Below are positions 24,700 through 32,000 of a DNA stretch of 32,000 nucleotides, one piece after another. The notes under the pieces were generated by a model that worked only from the letters and a program-made list of their open reading frames with translations, did no database searches and was not told the origin of the DNA. This stretch comes from Dehalococcoidia bacterium (GTDB taxonomy: Bacteria > Chloroflexota > Dehalococcoidia > Lucifugimonadales > CATOSD01): NCBI GenBank assembly GCA_963667445.2, contig CAXXGY010000001.1:1757387-1789386 (forward strand), written 5' to 3'. How positions within the stretch are numbered: position 1 is the stretch's first letter; every line of letters begins with the position of its first letter. Both the position numbers and the translations under genes were made by a program.

Positions 24700-25053
24700 A
24701 TGGACGTAGGTGAACACGTGGTGAAGGCGCGGCAGTTCCTGGCGGACGCTGAGGGCGAATTCGCCACCGGCGACCACATGCAGGCCTCCGAGAAGATGTG
24801 GGGTGCCGCCGCGCACGCCATCATGGCCGTCGCCCAGCAACGCGGCTGGCGCTACGGCGGCCACCGCCGGATGATAGAGGCCACCCAACGTATCGCGTCC
24901 GAACTTGACGATGAGGATTTGCGCTCGGGATTGGAGGCGTCGCGGCAGCTTCACTCCAATTTCTATCACGACCACATCAAAGAGGATGAACTGGAAACCA
25001 TAACAGCGGGCGCACGCCGTTTCGTCCAGAAGATGCTGGCGCTGGTACAATAG
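24700..25053 (+). CDS. PaREP1/HEPN-like small helical protein (divergent paralogue A)
   Basis: ATG 24700, in frame within track ORF 24427..25053. 117 aa: KARQFLADAEGEFATGDHMQASEKMWGAAAHAIMAVAQQRGWRYGGHRRM...LHSNFYHDHI...FVQKMLALVQ. By recall this pattern matches the archaeal PaREP1 family and is shared with the 28.0-29.7 kb tandem genes. Confidence 0.7.
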   Translation: MDVGEHVVKARQFLADAEGEFATGDHMQASEKMWGAAAHAIMAVAQQRGWRYGGHRRMIEATQRIASELDDEDLRSGLEASRQLHSNFYHDHIKEDELETITAGARRFVQKMLALVQ

Positions 25054-25091
25054 AGCACTCGCCAAAGACGATTCGCGATATACCTCTACTA

Positions 25092-25484
25092 GTGAGAAAC
25101 GAGATTGAGGGGACTATCGATTTCATGGTCATCCAGGAACGCAAAGACACGGCTTTAAGGTTGCTGAAGGACGCTGATGGCGAGTTCGTCATCGGCTCCG
25201 ACTTGAAAGCCGCGACGATGATGTGCGACGCCGCAACCCATGCCATCAAGGCCGTAGCTGAGCATCGCGGCTGGCAGTGTCGAGACCTCGACTTCCGAGC
25301 GACTATGAAAGTCGGTCGGCGCATCGCGGACGAACTGGACGACAGCACGCTGCATCTGGGACTGATGGTGGCGGAAATGTTCCGTTTGCACGCTGATGTC
25401 GACTACTTGGAAGACTACGAAATCGAGCCGTACTACCAAGACGTGTGCAGCTTCGTTTACAAGATGCTGGCGCTGGTAGAATAG
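25092..25484 (+). CDS. PaREP1/HEPN-like small helical protein (divergent paralogue B, His of the R...H motif lost)
   Basis: 130 aa from GTG 25092 (start uncertain; ATG 25125 is an alternative). LLKDADGEFVIGSDLKAATMMCDAATHAIKAVAEHRGWQCRDLDFR...FRLHADVDY...FVYKMLALVE has the same architecture and C-terminal KMLALV as paralogue A. Confidence 0.6.
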   Translation: MRNEIEGTIDFMVIQERKDTALRLLKDADGEFVIGSDLKAATMMCDAATHAIKAVAEHRGWQCRDLDFRATMKVGRRIADELDDSTLHLGLMVAEMFRLHADVDYLEDYEIEPYYQDVCSFVYKMLALVE

Positions 25485-25496
25485 GCCGCACAGGAG

Positions 25497-26708
25497 ATGA
25501 CCGAGTTGAGTGAATCCGAAGGGCTGCTTTCCGGTTACAAGGTGCTGGACCTGAGCTCCGGCGTCGCGGGTCCATACGCCACCCGGCTGATGGCCTCCAT
25601 GGGCGCCGACGTGGTGAAGGTCGAGCCGCCCGAAGGCGAAGTGTCCAGGCGCGAAGGCCCGTTCCCCGACGACGAGCCGCACCCCGAACGCAGCGCGCTG
25701 TACCTGTACCTCAACGTCGGCAAGCGGGGCGTGACTCTCGACCTCGACACGCCGACGGGCCAGGCGATGCTGCCTCGGCTGGCGTCGTGGGCCGACGTGC
25801 TCGTCGAGAGCTACCAACCCTCGCGCGCCGCGGAGATCGGCCTCAGCTACGATGCGCTCCACGAGTCCAACCCGTCGCTGGTGATGACGTCCGTAACCGA
25901 CTTCGGCCAGACCGGTCCGTATAGGGACCACAACGCCAGGACGCTGAACCACTACGCCTACGGCGGCCTGATGTACATCACGGGCCGCCCGGAGAAAGAA
26001 CCGCTACAGATGGGGCCGCGCGTGCCGGAGTACGGCACCGGCCAGAACGCCTTCGTCGCCACGCTGTCGGCGCTGTGGCACCGCGAGTCCACCGGCGAGG
26101 GCCAGCACGTCGACATCTCCGTCGCCGAGTACAGCGCGTCCATCCTCGAAAACGCGCTCACCATGTACAGCTACACCCGGCACAAGGTAACGCGCATGGG
26201 CCACCGCGGATACGGACGCGCCGCCTGGGGCATGTACCCCTGCAAGGACGGCTACGTGGGCGTCATAGCCGGCCCCGCACACCGCTGGCCCGCCATGGCT
26301 GAGCTTATGGAGGAGCCGCGACTGAACGACGAGCGATTCTCCACGGCCCGCGGACGCCAGGTGTACGCCGACGAACTGGAGGCGCTCATGGAGCCCTGGC
26401 TCATGCGCAACAACAAGCGCGAGATATTCGAGAAGGCGCAGAACATGGGCATCGCCTTCGCATACGTCGCCAGCCCCGGCGAGATATACTCGTGGGAGCA
26501 CCTGCGCGACCGCGAATACTTCGTCGAAATCGACCACCCCGAGGTTGGGACTCTGGACTACGCCGGCCCACCCTTCCAGCCGGAGGGCGTGCCGTTCAAC
26601 TGGTCCCGCGCCCCGCTGCTGGGCGAGCACAACGCCGAGGTGTACGGTGAAACGCTGTACCTATCTCCAGAAGAGCTAGTTACCCTGCGCGCCTCCGGCG
26701 TCATATAG
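25497..26708 (+). CDS. Family III CoA-transferase (CaiB/BaiF family)
   Basis: 403 aa. LSGYKVLDLSSGVAGPYATRLMASMGADVVKVEPPEG is the hallmark N-terminus. LLGEHNAEVY lies near the C-terminus. Confidence 0.9.
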   Translation: MTELSESEGLLSGYKVLDLSSGVAGPYATRLMASMGADVVKVEPPEGEVSRREGPFPDDEPHPERSALYLYLNVGKRGVTLDLDTPTGQAMLPRLASWADVLVESYQPSRAAEIGLSYDALHESNPSLVMTSVTDFGQTGPYRDHNARTLNHYAYGGLMYITGRPEKEPLQMGPRVPEYGTGQNAFVATLSALWHRESTGEGQHVDISVAEYSASILENALTMYSYTRHKVTRMGHRGYGRAAWGMYPCKDGYVGVIAGPAHRWPAMAELMEEPRLNDERFSTARGRQVYADELEALMEPWLMRNNKREIFEKAQNMGIAFAYVASPGEIYSWEHLRDREYFVEIDHPEVGTLDYAGPPFQPEGVPFNWSRAPLLGEHNAEVYGETLYLSPEELVTLRASGVI

Positions 26709-26730
26709 TGAATGTAAAGGATTCGCAGAC

Positions 26731-27999
26731 ATGACTAAGGCCCTCGAAGGCATAAGGATACTCGACCTCTCCCGCATATGGGCCGGCCCCTACGCCACCA
26801 AGCTGATGGCCGACATGGGCGCCGACATCATCAAGATAGAGTCGGTGGACCGGATGGACACCACCCGGGGCGGCATCAATCCGCCGTCCGGCTCCGGCAA
26901 CTATCCGGAGGCCGAGCCGGGCGAAGACCCCTGGAACCGCAACGGCTGGTTCAACTCGCTCCACCTGAGCAAGTACGGCGTCACCATCAACCTCGCCAAG
27001 GAGAGCGGCAAGGACCTGTTCTCCCACCTCGTCACCATCAGCGACGCCGTAATCGAAAACTACCGGCTGGGCGTGCTCACGCGGCTCGGTTTCGACTATG
27101 AAAAGCTGCGCTCCCTCAGGCCCGACATCGTGCTCATCTCCATGCCGGCGTTCGGCAATAAGGGCCGCTGGAAGGGCTTCGTGCAGTACGGCATAGGCCA
27201 GGAGCAGCTTTCCGGCATGGCCGACATGACCGGCTACTTGGACGAGGACGGCCCGATGAAGTCGGGCATCAACCACGGCGACCCCATAACCGGCTCGCAC
27301 GCCGCCGGCGCCATACTCGCGTCGCTACTCTACCGCAGGCGCACCGGCCGCGGCGTCTACGTGGACCTGTCGCAGCTAGACTCGTCGGTGTCGCTCATCG
27401 GCGACGCCATACTGGGCTTCCAGATGACCAACCGCAACCCCGAGCGCCGGGGCAACCGCCACCAGTACATGGCGCCGCACGGCATCTACAAGTGCCGCGG
27501 TGAAGAAGAGGAGTGGGTGGCTATCGCCGTCGCCTCCGACGAGGAGTGGCGCGCGCTGTGCGCCGCCATCGGCAAGCCCGGCCTCGCGGACGATGCGCGA
27601 TACGCCGACGTCCTGGGCCGCTGGCGCAGCCAGGACGAGTTGGACGCGGTGTTGTCCGAGTGGGCGAAGGACCAGGACAGCAACGCCGCCATGCAGGCGC
27701 TACAGGCCGTCGGCATCGCCGCCACCCCCGTCGAATCGTCGGAGATGATATTCGACGACCCGCACTACCAGGAGCGCGGCCTCATGGAGCTGGTCGACCA
27801 CCCCTCCACCGGCCCGCAGTTCATGCCCGGCATAAGCTGGAAGATGTCCAAGACGCCGGGCGAGGTGCGCTGGCCCACTCCCAGGCTCGGCGAGCACAAT
27901 GAGACGGTCTTCGGCGAGCTGCTGGGCCTCGACGCCGCCGAGTTGTCCGACCTCGAAGCCGAGGGCGTCATAGGCAACGTGCCCACCCGCGACAACTAG
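26731..27999 (+). CDS. Family III CoA-transferase (CaiB/BaiF family)
   Basis: 422 aa. LEGIRILDLSRIWAGPYATKLMADMGADIIKIES, PRLGEHNETVFGELLGL. Confidence 0.9.
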   Translation: MTKALEGIRILDLSRIWAGPYATKLMADMGADIIKIESVDRMDTTRGGINPPSGSGNYPEAEPGEDPWNRNGWFNSLHLSKYGVTINLAKESGKDLFSHLVTISDAVIENYRLGVLTRLGFDYEKLRSLRPDIVLISMPAFGNKGRWKGFVQYGIGQEQLSGMADMTGYLDEDGPMKSGINHGDPITGSHAAGAILASLLYRRRTGRGVYVDLSQLDSSVSLIGDAILGFQMTNRNPERRGNRHQYMAPHGIYKCRGEEEEWVAIAVASDEEWRALCAAIGKPGLADDARYADVLGRWRSQDELDAVLSEWAKDQDSNAAMQALQAVGIAATPVESSEMIFDDPHYQERGLMELVDHPSTGPQFMPGISWKMSKTPGEVRWPTPRLGEHNETVFGELLGLDAAELSDLEAEGVIGNVPTRDN

Positions 28000-28034
28000 C
28001 GCGGCGGGCGGTCGTGCTATAGGATTGACTTACG

Positions 28035-28430
28035 ATGACGACGCAACACGAAACGACAATCCAAGAGTACGTCGCCCAGGCGTTGGAGTTCCTCTCGCAG
28101 TCCGAGGCCGAGTTTGCGGCGGGCGACACGCGGCAGGGTGCCGAGAAGCTGTACGGCGCGGCGTGCCAGGTAGTGATGGCTGCCGCCAAGCAGCGCGGCT
28201 GGGGTTACCGCTCGCACAGGGACAACAAGAACACCGCCATCAGACTGGCCGACGAGTACGGGGACCTTTCGTTATCCCTTGGCTTTGCGGCTGCCGAGAG
28301 GTTTCACGTCCACTTCTTCCACGGCGACATGGAGGACTACCAGATTGACGGGGACCGCCCCCAGGTGGGAGCCTACGTGCGGCGTATGGCGGCCCTCGTC
28401 GAGGAGTACGAGGCCAACGGTAGTGCGTGA
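28035..28430 (+). CDS. PaREP1/HEPN-like protein, tandem copy 1
   Basis: 131 aa: ...AQALEFLSQSEAEFAAGDTRQGAEKLYGAACQVVMAAAKQRGWGYRSHRDNKNTAIRLADEYGD...AAERFHVHFFHGDMEDY... ATG start. Confidence 0.75.
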   Translation: MTTQHETTIQEYVAQALEFLSQSEAEFAAGDTRQGAEKLYGAACQVVMAAAKQRGWGYRSHRDNKNTAIRLADEYGDLSLSLGFAAAERFHVHFFHGDMEDYQIDGDRPQVGAYVRRMAALVEEYEANGSA

Positions 28431-28467
28431 ATCCGAGCTACCGTTGTTGAACAAGGACTGACTTTCC

Positions 28468-28863
28468 GTGACGACGCAACACGAAACGACAGTCGAAGAA
28501 TGTGTCGCCCAGGCGTTGGAGTTTCTCGCGCAATCCGAGGCCGAGTTCGCGGCGGGCGACACGCGCCAGGGCGCGGAGAAGCTGTACGGCGCGGCGTGCC
28601 AGGTAGTGATGGCTGCCGCCAAGCAGCGCGGCTGGGGTTACCGCTCGCACAGGGACAACAAGAACACCGCCATCAGACTGGCCGACGAGTACGGGGACCT
28701 TTCGTTATCCCTTGGCTTTGCGGCTGCCGAGAGGTTTCACGTCCACTTCTTCCACGGCGACATGGAGGACTACCAGATTGACGGGGACCGCCCCCAGGTG
28801 GGAGCCTACGTGCGGCGTATGGCGGCCCTCGTCGAGGAGTACGAGGCCAACGGTAGTGCGTGA
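28468..28863 (+). CDS. PaREP1/HEPN-like protein, tandem copy 2
   Basis: 131 aa, GTG start. Differs from copy 1 at 4 N-terminal residues (V9/I, E10/Q, C12/Y, A21/S). Confidence 0.75.
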   Translation: MTTQHETTVEECVAQALEFLAQSEAEFAAGDTRQGAEKLYGAACQVVMAAAKQRGWGYRSHRDNKNTAIRLADEYGDLSLSLGFAAAERFHVHFFHGDMEDYQIDGDRPQVGAYVRRMAALVEEYEANGSA

Positions 28864-28900
28864 ATCCGAGCTACCGTTGTTGAACAAGGACTGACTTTCC

Positions 28901-29296
28901 GTGACGACGCAACACGAAACGACAGTCGAAGAATGTGTCGCCCAGACGTTGGAGTTTCTCGCGCAATCCGAGGCCGAGTTCGCGGCGGGCGACACGCGCC
29001 AGGGCGCCGAGAAGCTGTACGGCGCGGCGTGCCAGGTCGTCATAGCCGCGGCCAAGCAGCGCGGCTGGAGTTACCGCTCGCACCGAGCCACCCAGAACGC
29101 CGCCACGAGACTGGCCGACGAATACGACGACCCATTACTGACGAACGGATTCACGGCTGCCGAGAGGTTTCACATCCACTTCTTTCATGGCGACATGGAG
29201 GACTACGAGATAGACTCCTCCCGCCCTGGAGTGAGCGCATACGTGCGGCACATGGCCGGCCTCGTCGAGGAGTACGAGGCCAACGGCAGAGCGTGA
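28901..29296 (+). CDS. PaREP1/HEPN-like protein, tandem copy 3
   Basis: 131 aa, GTG start. Variant central and C-terminal segment: RGWSYRSHRATQNAATRLADEYDDPLLTNGFTAAERFHIHFFHGDMEDYEIDSSRPG. Confidence 0.75.
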   Translation: MTTQHETTVEECVAQTLEFLAQSEAEFAAGDTRQGAEKLYGAACQVVIAAAKQRGWSYRSHRATQNAATRLADEYDDPLLTNGFTAAERFHIHFFHGDMEDYEIDSSRPGVSAYVRHMAGLVEEYEANGRA

Positions 29297-29333
29297 AACC
29301 GCTCTATCGTCGTTCGATAAGGACTGATTCTCC

Positions 29334-29735
29334 GTGACGACACAAAACGAAACGACAGTCGAAGAATGTGTCGCCCAGGCGTTGGAGTTTCTCGCGCAAT
29401 CCGAGGCCGAGTTCGCGGCGGGCGACACGCGCCAGGGCGCCGAGAAGCTGTACGGCGCGGCGTGCCAGGTCGTCATAGCCGCGGCCAAGCAGCGCGGCTG
29501 GAGTTACCGCTCGCACCGAGCCACCCAGAACGCCGCCACGAGACTGGCCGACGAATACGACGACCCATTACTGACGAACGGATTCACGGCTGCCGAGAGG
29601 TTTCACATCCACTTCTTTCATGGCGACATGGAGGACTACGAGATAGACTCCTCCCGCCCTGGAGTGAGCGCATACGTGCGGCACATGGCCGGCCTCGTCG
29701 AGCAATACCACAAGGCCCCTGGACATGGTGGATAA
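29334..29735 (+). CDS. PaREP1/HEPN-like protein, tandem copy 4 (altered C-terminus at the repeat boundary)
   Basis: 133 aa, GTG start. Nearly identical to copy 3 until ...MAGLVE, then QYHKAPGHGG. Overlaps the sat start by 11 nt. Confidence 0.72.
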   Translation: MTTQNETTVEECVAQALEFLAQSEAEFAAGDTRQGAEKLYGAACQVVIAAAKQRGWSYRSHRATQNAATRLADEYDDPLLTNGFTAAERFHIHFFHGDMEDYEIDSSRPGVSAYVRHMAGLVEQYHKAPGHGG

Positions 29736-30960
29736 CACCCTCTCACCACACGGCGGCGTCCTCGTCGACCGGGTAGCGACGCAACCAGTGTCCGCCGCCT
29801 CCCTGCGCGGGCTCAAGTCCATCGCCATACGCGACCAGATAGCCCACGAGTGCGTAAGCATCGCCTACGGCTTCTTCTCGCCCCTTGAAGGCTTCATGCT
29901 GCGCGAGGACGTGGATGCCGTCTGCGACCGCATGACCCTCGCGAGCGGCTACGTCTGGAGCGTGCCTGTCGTCTTTGACATCTCCCGTGCCGACGTCGAC
30001 CGTCTGTCCCTGCGAGAGGGCGACACGCTGCTGCTGACCCACGAGAGTCAGCCGGTGGCGACGCTGGACGTGGAGCAGCTCTACTCATTCGACAAGCAGC
30101 ACATGGCCGCTGCCGTTTACGGCACCACGGACGCCAACCACCCCGGCGTGCAGCGCACCTACGCCTACGAGGACGTATTCGTCGGCGGCAAGATTACCCT
30201 GGTCAACCCACCCACCATCAACCCGCCGTTCGACCGCTTCTGGTATCCGCCCTCGGCCATGCGCCGGCGCTTCGCCGACAACGACTGGGGCCGCGTGGCT
30301 GCGCACCAGACGCGCAACGTTCCGCACGCCGGCCACGAGTGGCTGATGAAGGGCGCCTGGTTCGCCGCCAACGCGGACGCGGTGCTGGTCAACGCCGTAA
30401 TCGGCGAGAAGAAGCCAGGCGACTTCATCGACGAGGCCATCATCCTGGCCCACGACGTGCTGCGCGATGCGGGCTACTTCCGCCAGGACGTCCACATGGC
30501 GTCCATGCTGCTGTGGGACATGCGCTACGCCGGCCCGCGAGAGGCCGTGTTCCACGCCATCGTGCGCAAGAACCTCGGCTGCACCCACCACATGTTCGGT
30601 CGAGACCACGCGGGCGTCGGCTCCTACTACGACCCCTACGCCTCACACCGCATATTCGACGAGATACCGCCCATCGGCATCGAGCCGGTGGTTACGCTGG
30701 AGTGGTGGAACTGCCCCGTGTGCGCAGGCATAGCCTACGAGGGGTTGTGCGACCACGCGGACGTCAAGCAGGATCTCAGCGGCACCCTCATGCGCGCCAC
30801 GCTCGAGGGAGGCGTCACCCCGTCGCCGCTCATCTTCCGCGCCGAGGTCTTCGAGCTGGTCATGGAGTGCGCCCAGAAGTACGGCTTCGGCTCACCCTTC
30901 GTAACCGAGAACTACCTCCGCAACCGCCAGCCCGTGCTAACCTTCGGCCCCTTGGCGTAG
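29725..30960 (+). CDS. sat: Sulfate adenylyltransferase (ATP sulfurylase)
   Basis: 411 aa. LSPHGGVLVDRV opening, HQTRNVPHAGHEWLMK (variant of the QTRNP.HRAH motif), and the GRDHAGVG motif. Confidence 0.88.
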   Translation: MVDNTLSPHGGVLVDRVATQPVSAASLRGLKSIAIRDQIAHECVSIAYGFFSPLEGFMLREDVDAVCDRMTLASGYVWSVPVVFDISRADVDRLSLREGDTLLLTHESQPVATLDVEQLYSFDKQHMAAAVYGTTDANHPGVQRTYAYEDVFVGGKITLVNPPTINPPFDRFWYPPSAMRRRFADNDWGRVAAHQTRNVPHAGHEWLMKGAWFAANADAVLVNAVIGEKKPGDFIDEAIILAHDVLRDAGYFRQDVHMASMLLWDMRYAGPREAVFHAIVRKNLGCTHHMFGRDHAGVGSYYDPYASHRIFDEIPPIGIEPVVTLEWWNCPVCAGIAYEGLCDHADVKQDLSGTLMRATLEGGVTPSPLIFRAEVFELVMECAQKYGFGSPFVTENYLRNRQPVLTFGPLA

Positions 30961-30973
30961 TCGCTCAAAGGTC

Positions 30974-30996
30974 CCTTCCCCCTCGATGGGGGAAGG
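30974..30996 (+). terminator. Hairpin downstream of sat (possible intrinsic terminator, weak T tract)
   Basis: CCTTCCCCC-tcgat-GGGGGAAGG, a 9-bp perfect stem, 14 nt after the sat stop, followed by only TT. Confidence 0.35.
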
Positions 30997-31086
30997 TTAG
31001 GATGGGGGTGACGTATCCCAACCCGCATCCCTCTCCTTGCCCAACCGCGCGCTTCCCATTAGAATGGAGTAGGCGCAATCGCGCGT

Positions 31087-31162
31087 CGGGGTGTGGCCCA
31101 GTCGGTAGGGCGCTACGTTCGGGACGTAGAGGTCGCGAGTTCAAGTCTCGCCACCCCGACCA
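31087..31162 (+). tRNA. tRNA-Pro (anticodon CGG), CCA encoded
   Basis: CGGGGTGTGGCCCAGTCGGTAGGGCGCTACGTTCGGGACGTAGAGGTCGCGAGTTCAAGTCTCGCCACCCCGACCA. Acceptor CGGGGTG/CACCCCG, anticodon stem CTACG/CGTAG, loop TTCGGGA, T-loop TTCAAGT. Confidence 0.9.
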
Positions 31163-31233
31163 TTCCTCATCCATCTCTGCGCCGCGCGTCCGGCGAGGTC
31201 GCCGGAGATTCCGCATCAAGAGGAGGTCAGACC

Positions 31234-32000
31234 ATGCGTGTAGCTGTTGTAGGCGCGGGCATATTCGGAATGGGAACCGCCATCGAGCTGCGGGGCCGCG
31301 GCCACGACGTCACCCTCTTCGAGCAGGGCGCCATACCCTACGAAAACGCAAGCTCCACCGACGTCGCCAAGGCCATCCGCCGTGTCAACTACGCGCCCAG
31401 TCATCCCTACGTCGAGCTTGTCGAGCGTTCGGGCAGCAAGTGGGCCGAGTGGCAGCGGCGGCTCGGCGGCTCCTTCTACTTCCAGTGCGGCCAAATATCC
31501 ATTTACTCAGAATCCGAACTCGCGTCCGGCGGCGACTCGATGACCAGCATCGAGCATCTCGAGTCCACCCGTGCGGAGTTCCGCACGCTCACCCGTGAGC
31601 AGGCCGCCGCGCGATTTCCCCAGTTCGCGTTCGACGACTCCGACGAGCGCGTCATCTTCGACTCCTGGGCGGGCTACCTCGCAAGCGGCCAGGCCGTTAC
31701 CGACCTCGCCCGGCTCGCCGCCGCCGATGGCGTGACCCTGAACGAGCACACGCGCGTCGTCGGCCTGACGGAGACCGATTCCGGCGTCGAGGTCGCGACG
31801 GAGCGCGGCAGCTTCGAGTTCGACAGGGTGGTGGTCGCCGCCGGCCCCTGGGTCGGCAGGCTGCTGCCCTCAGTTGGCGACACCATGCTCATAAGCCGCC
31901 AACAGATGGCCTTCTGGAGGCCCGAGGACCCCGCCCCGTTCCGCGCGGACGTGTACCCCGGCTGGTCATGCCACCCCAAGACCGAGGGCTGGTACGGCTT
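31234..32000 (+). CDS. FAD-dependent oxidoreductase (DAO / sarcosine-oxidase-like), 3' end beyond the window
   Basis: AGGAGG lies 7 nt before ATG 31234. MRVAVVGAGIFGMGTAIELRGRGHDVTLFEQG is a Rossmann GxGxxG-beta-alpha-beta with the acidic residue. VVVAAGPW is present. The frame is open to the window end and is absent from the ORF track because no stop occurs. Confidence 0.85.
   Translation, partial: MRVAVVGAGIFGMGTAIELRGRGHDVTLFEQGAIPYENASSTDVAKAIRRVNYAPSHPYVELVERSGSKWAEWQRRLGGSFYFQCGQISIYSESELASGGDSMTSIEHLESTRAEFRTLTREQAAARFPQFAFDDSDERVIFDSWAGYLASGQAVTDLARLAAADGVTLNEHTRVVGLTETDSGVEVATERGSFEFDRVVVAAGPWVGRLLPSVGDTMLISRQQMAFWRPEDPAPFRADVYPGWSCHPKTEGWYG

Larger units (their letters stand above)
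28021..29735 (+). repeat. Four tandem 433-bp units, each carrying one PaREP1/HEPN-like gene plus its intergenic spacer
   Basis: Gene starts at 28035, 28468, 28901 and 29334 give an exact 433-bp period. Units 1 and 2 are identical from about nt 110 of the gene onward. Units 3 and 4 are near-identical to each other. Unit 2 shares its 5' 110 nt with units 3 and 4. Confidence 0.95.

Noticed and set aside
30339-31598. 419-aa Arg-rich plus-strand ORF spanning the sat 3' half, tRNA-Pro and the FAD oxidoreductase start.
   Set aside because: It is out of frame with two motif-supported genes and runs through a tRNA. It is a compositional artefact.

Overview
High-GC (about 65%) bacterial chromosomal window. 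Gene content (LLM/F420-type oxidoreductases, family III CoA-transferases, DUF3179) hints at a Chloroflexota-like organism, but that is only a weak inference. Positions 1-15645 hold a complete type I-E CRISPR-Cas locus on the + strand. In order it contains: cas3 (5' end cut by the window edge), an RHH antitoxin with a frameshifted RelE/ParE toxin relic, about 640 bp of noncoding DNA with degenerate CRISPR-repeat-like hairpins, a near-consensus promoter, cas8e, an unusual VRR-NUC::cas11e fusion, cas7e, cas5e, cas6e, a palindromic heptamer-repeat element, cas1, cas2, the leader, and an array of 77 repeats and 76 spacers. Downstream lie tRNA-Glu and tRNA-Gln (-), two LLM-family oxidoreductases, a second heptamer-repeat element, and an esterase + DUF3179 operon (-) whose DUF3179 gene has a single in-frame TGA at a CxxC cysteine. 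Next come a peptide/Ni-type ABC importer (lipoprotein SBP with a 20-aa repeat stalk plus two permeases, no ATPase), two divergent PaREP1/HEPN-like small genes and two family III CoA-transferases. The window ends with four tandem 433-bp PaREP1/HEPN-like paralogues, sulfate adenylyltransferase, tRNA-Pro and a partial FAD oxidoreductase. The best candidates for something undescribed are: (1) Cas11e fused to a PD-(D/E)XK (VRR-NUC) nuclease inside an otherwise canonical, Cas3-containing type I-E system; (2) the amplified PaREP1/HEPN-like gene cluster; (3) a possible selenocysteine-containing DUF3179 protein; (4) a crRNA-like degenerate mini-array upstream of the Cascade promoter; (5) inverted heptamer-microsatellite elements. 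All family assignments come from motif recognition by eye; no database search was run.
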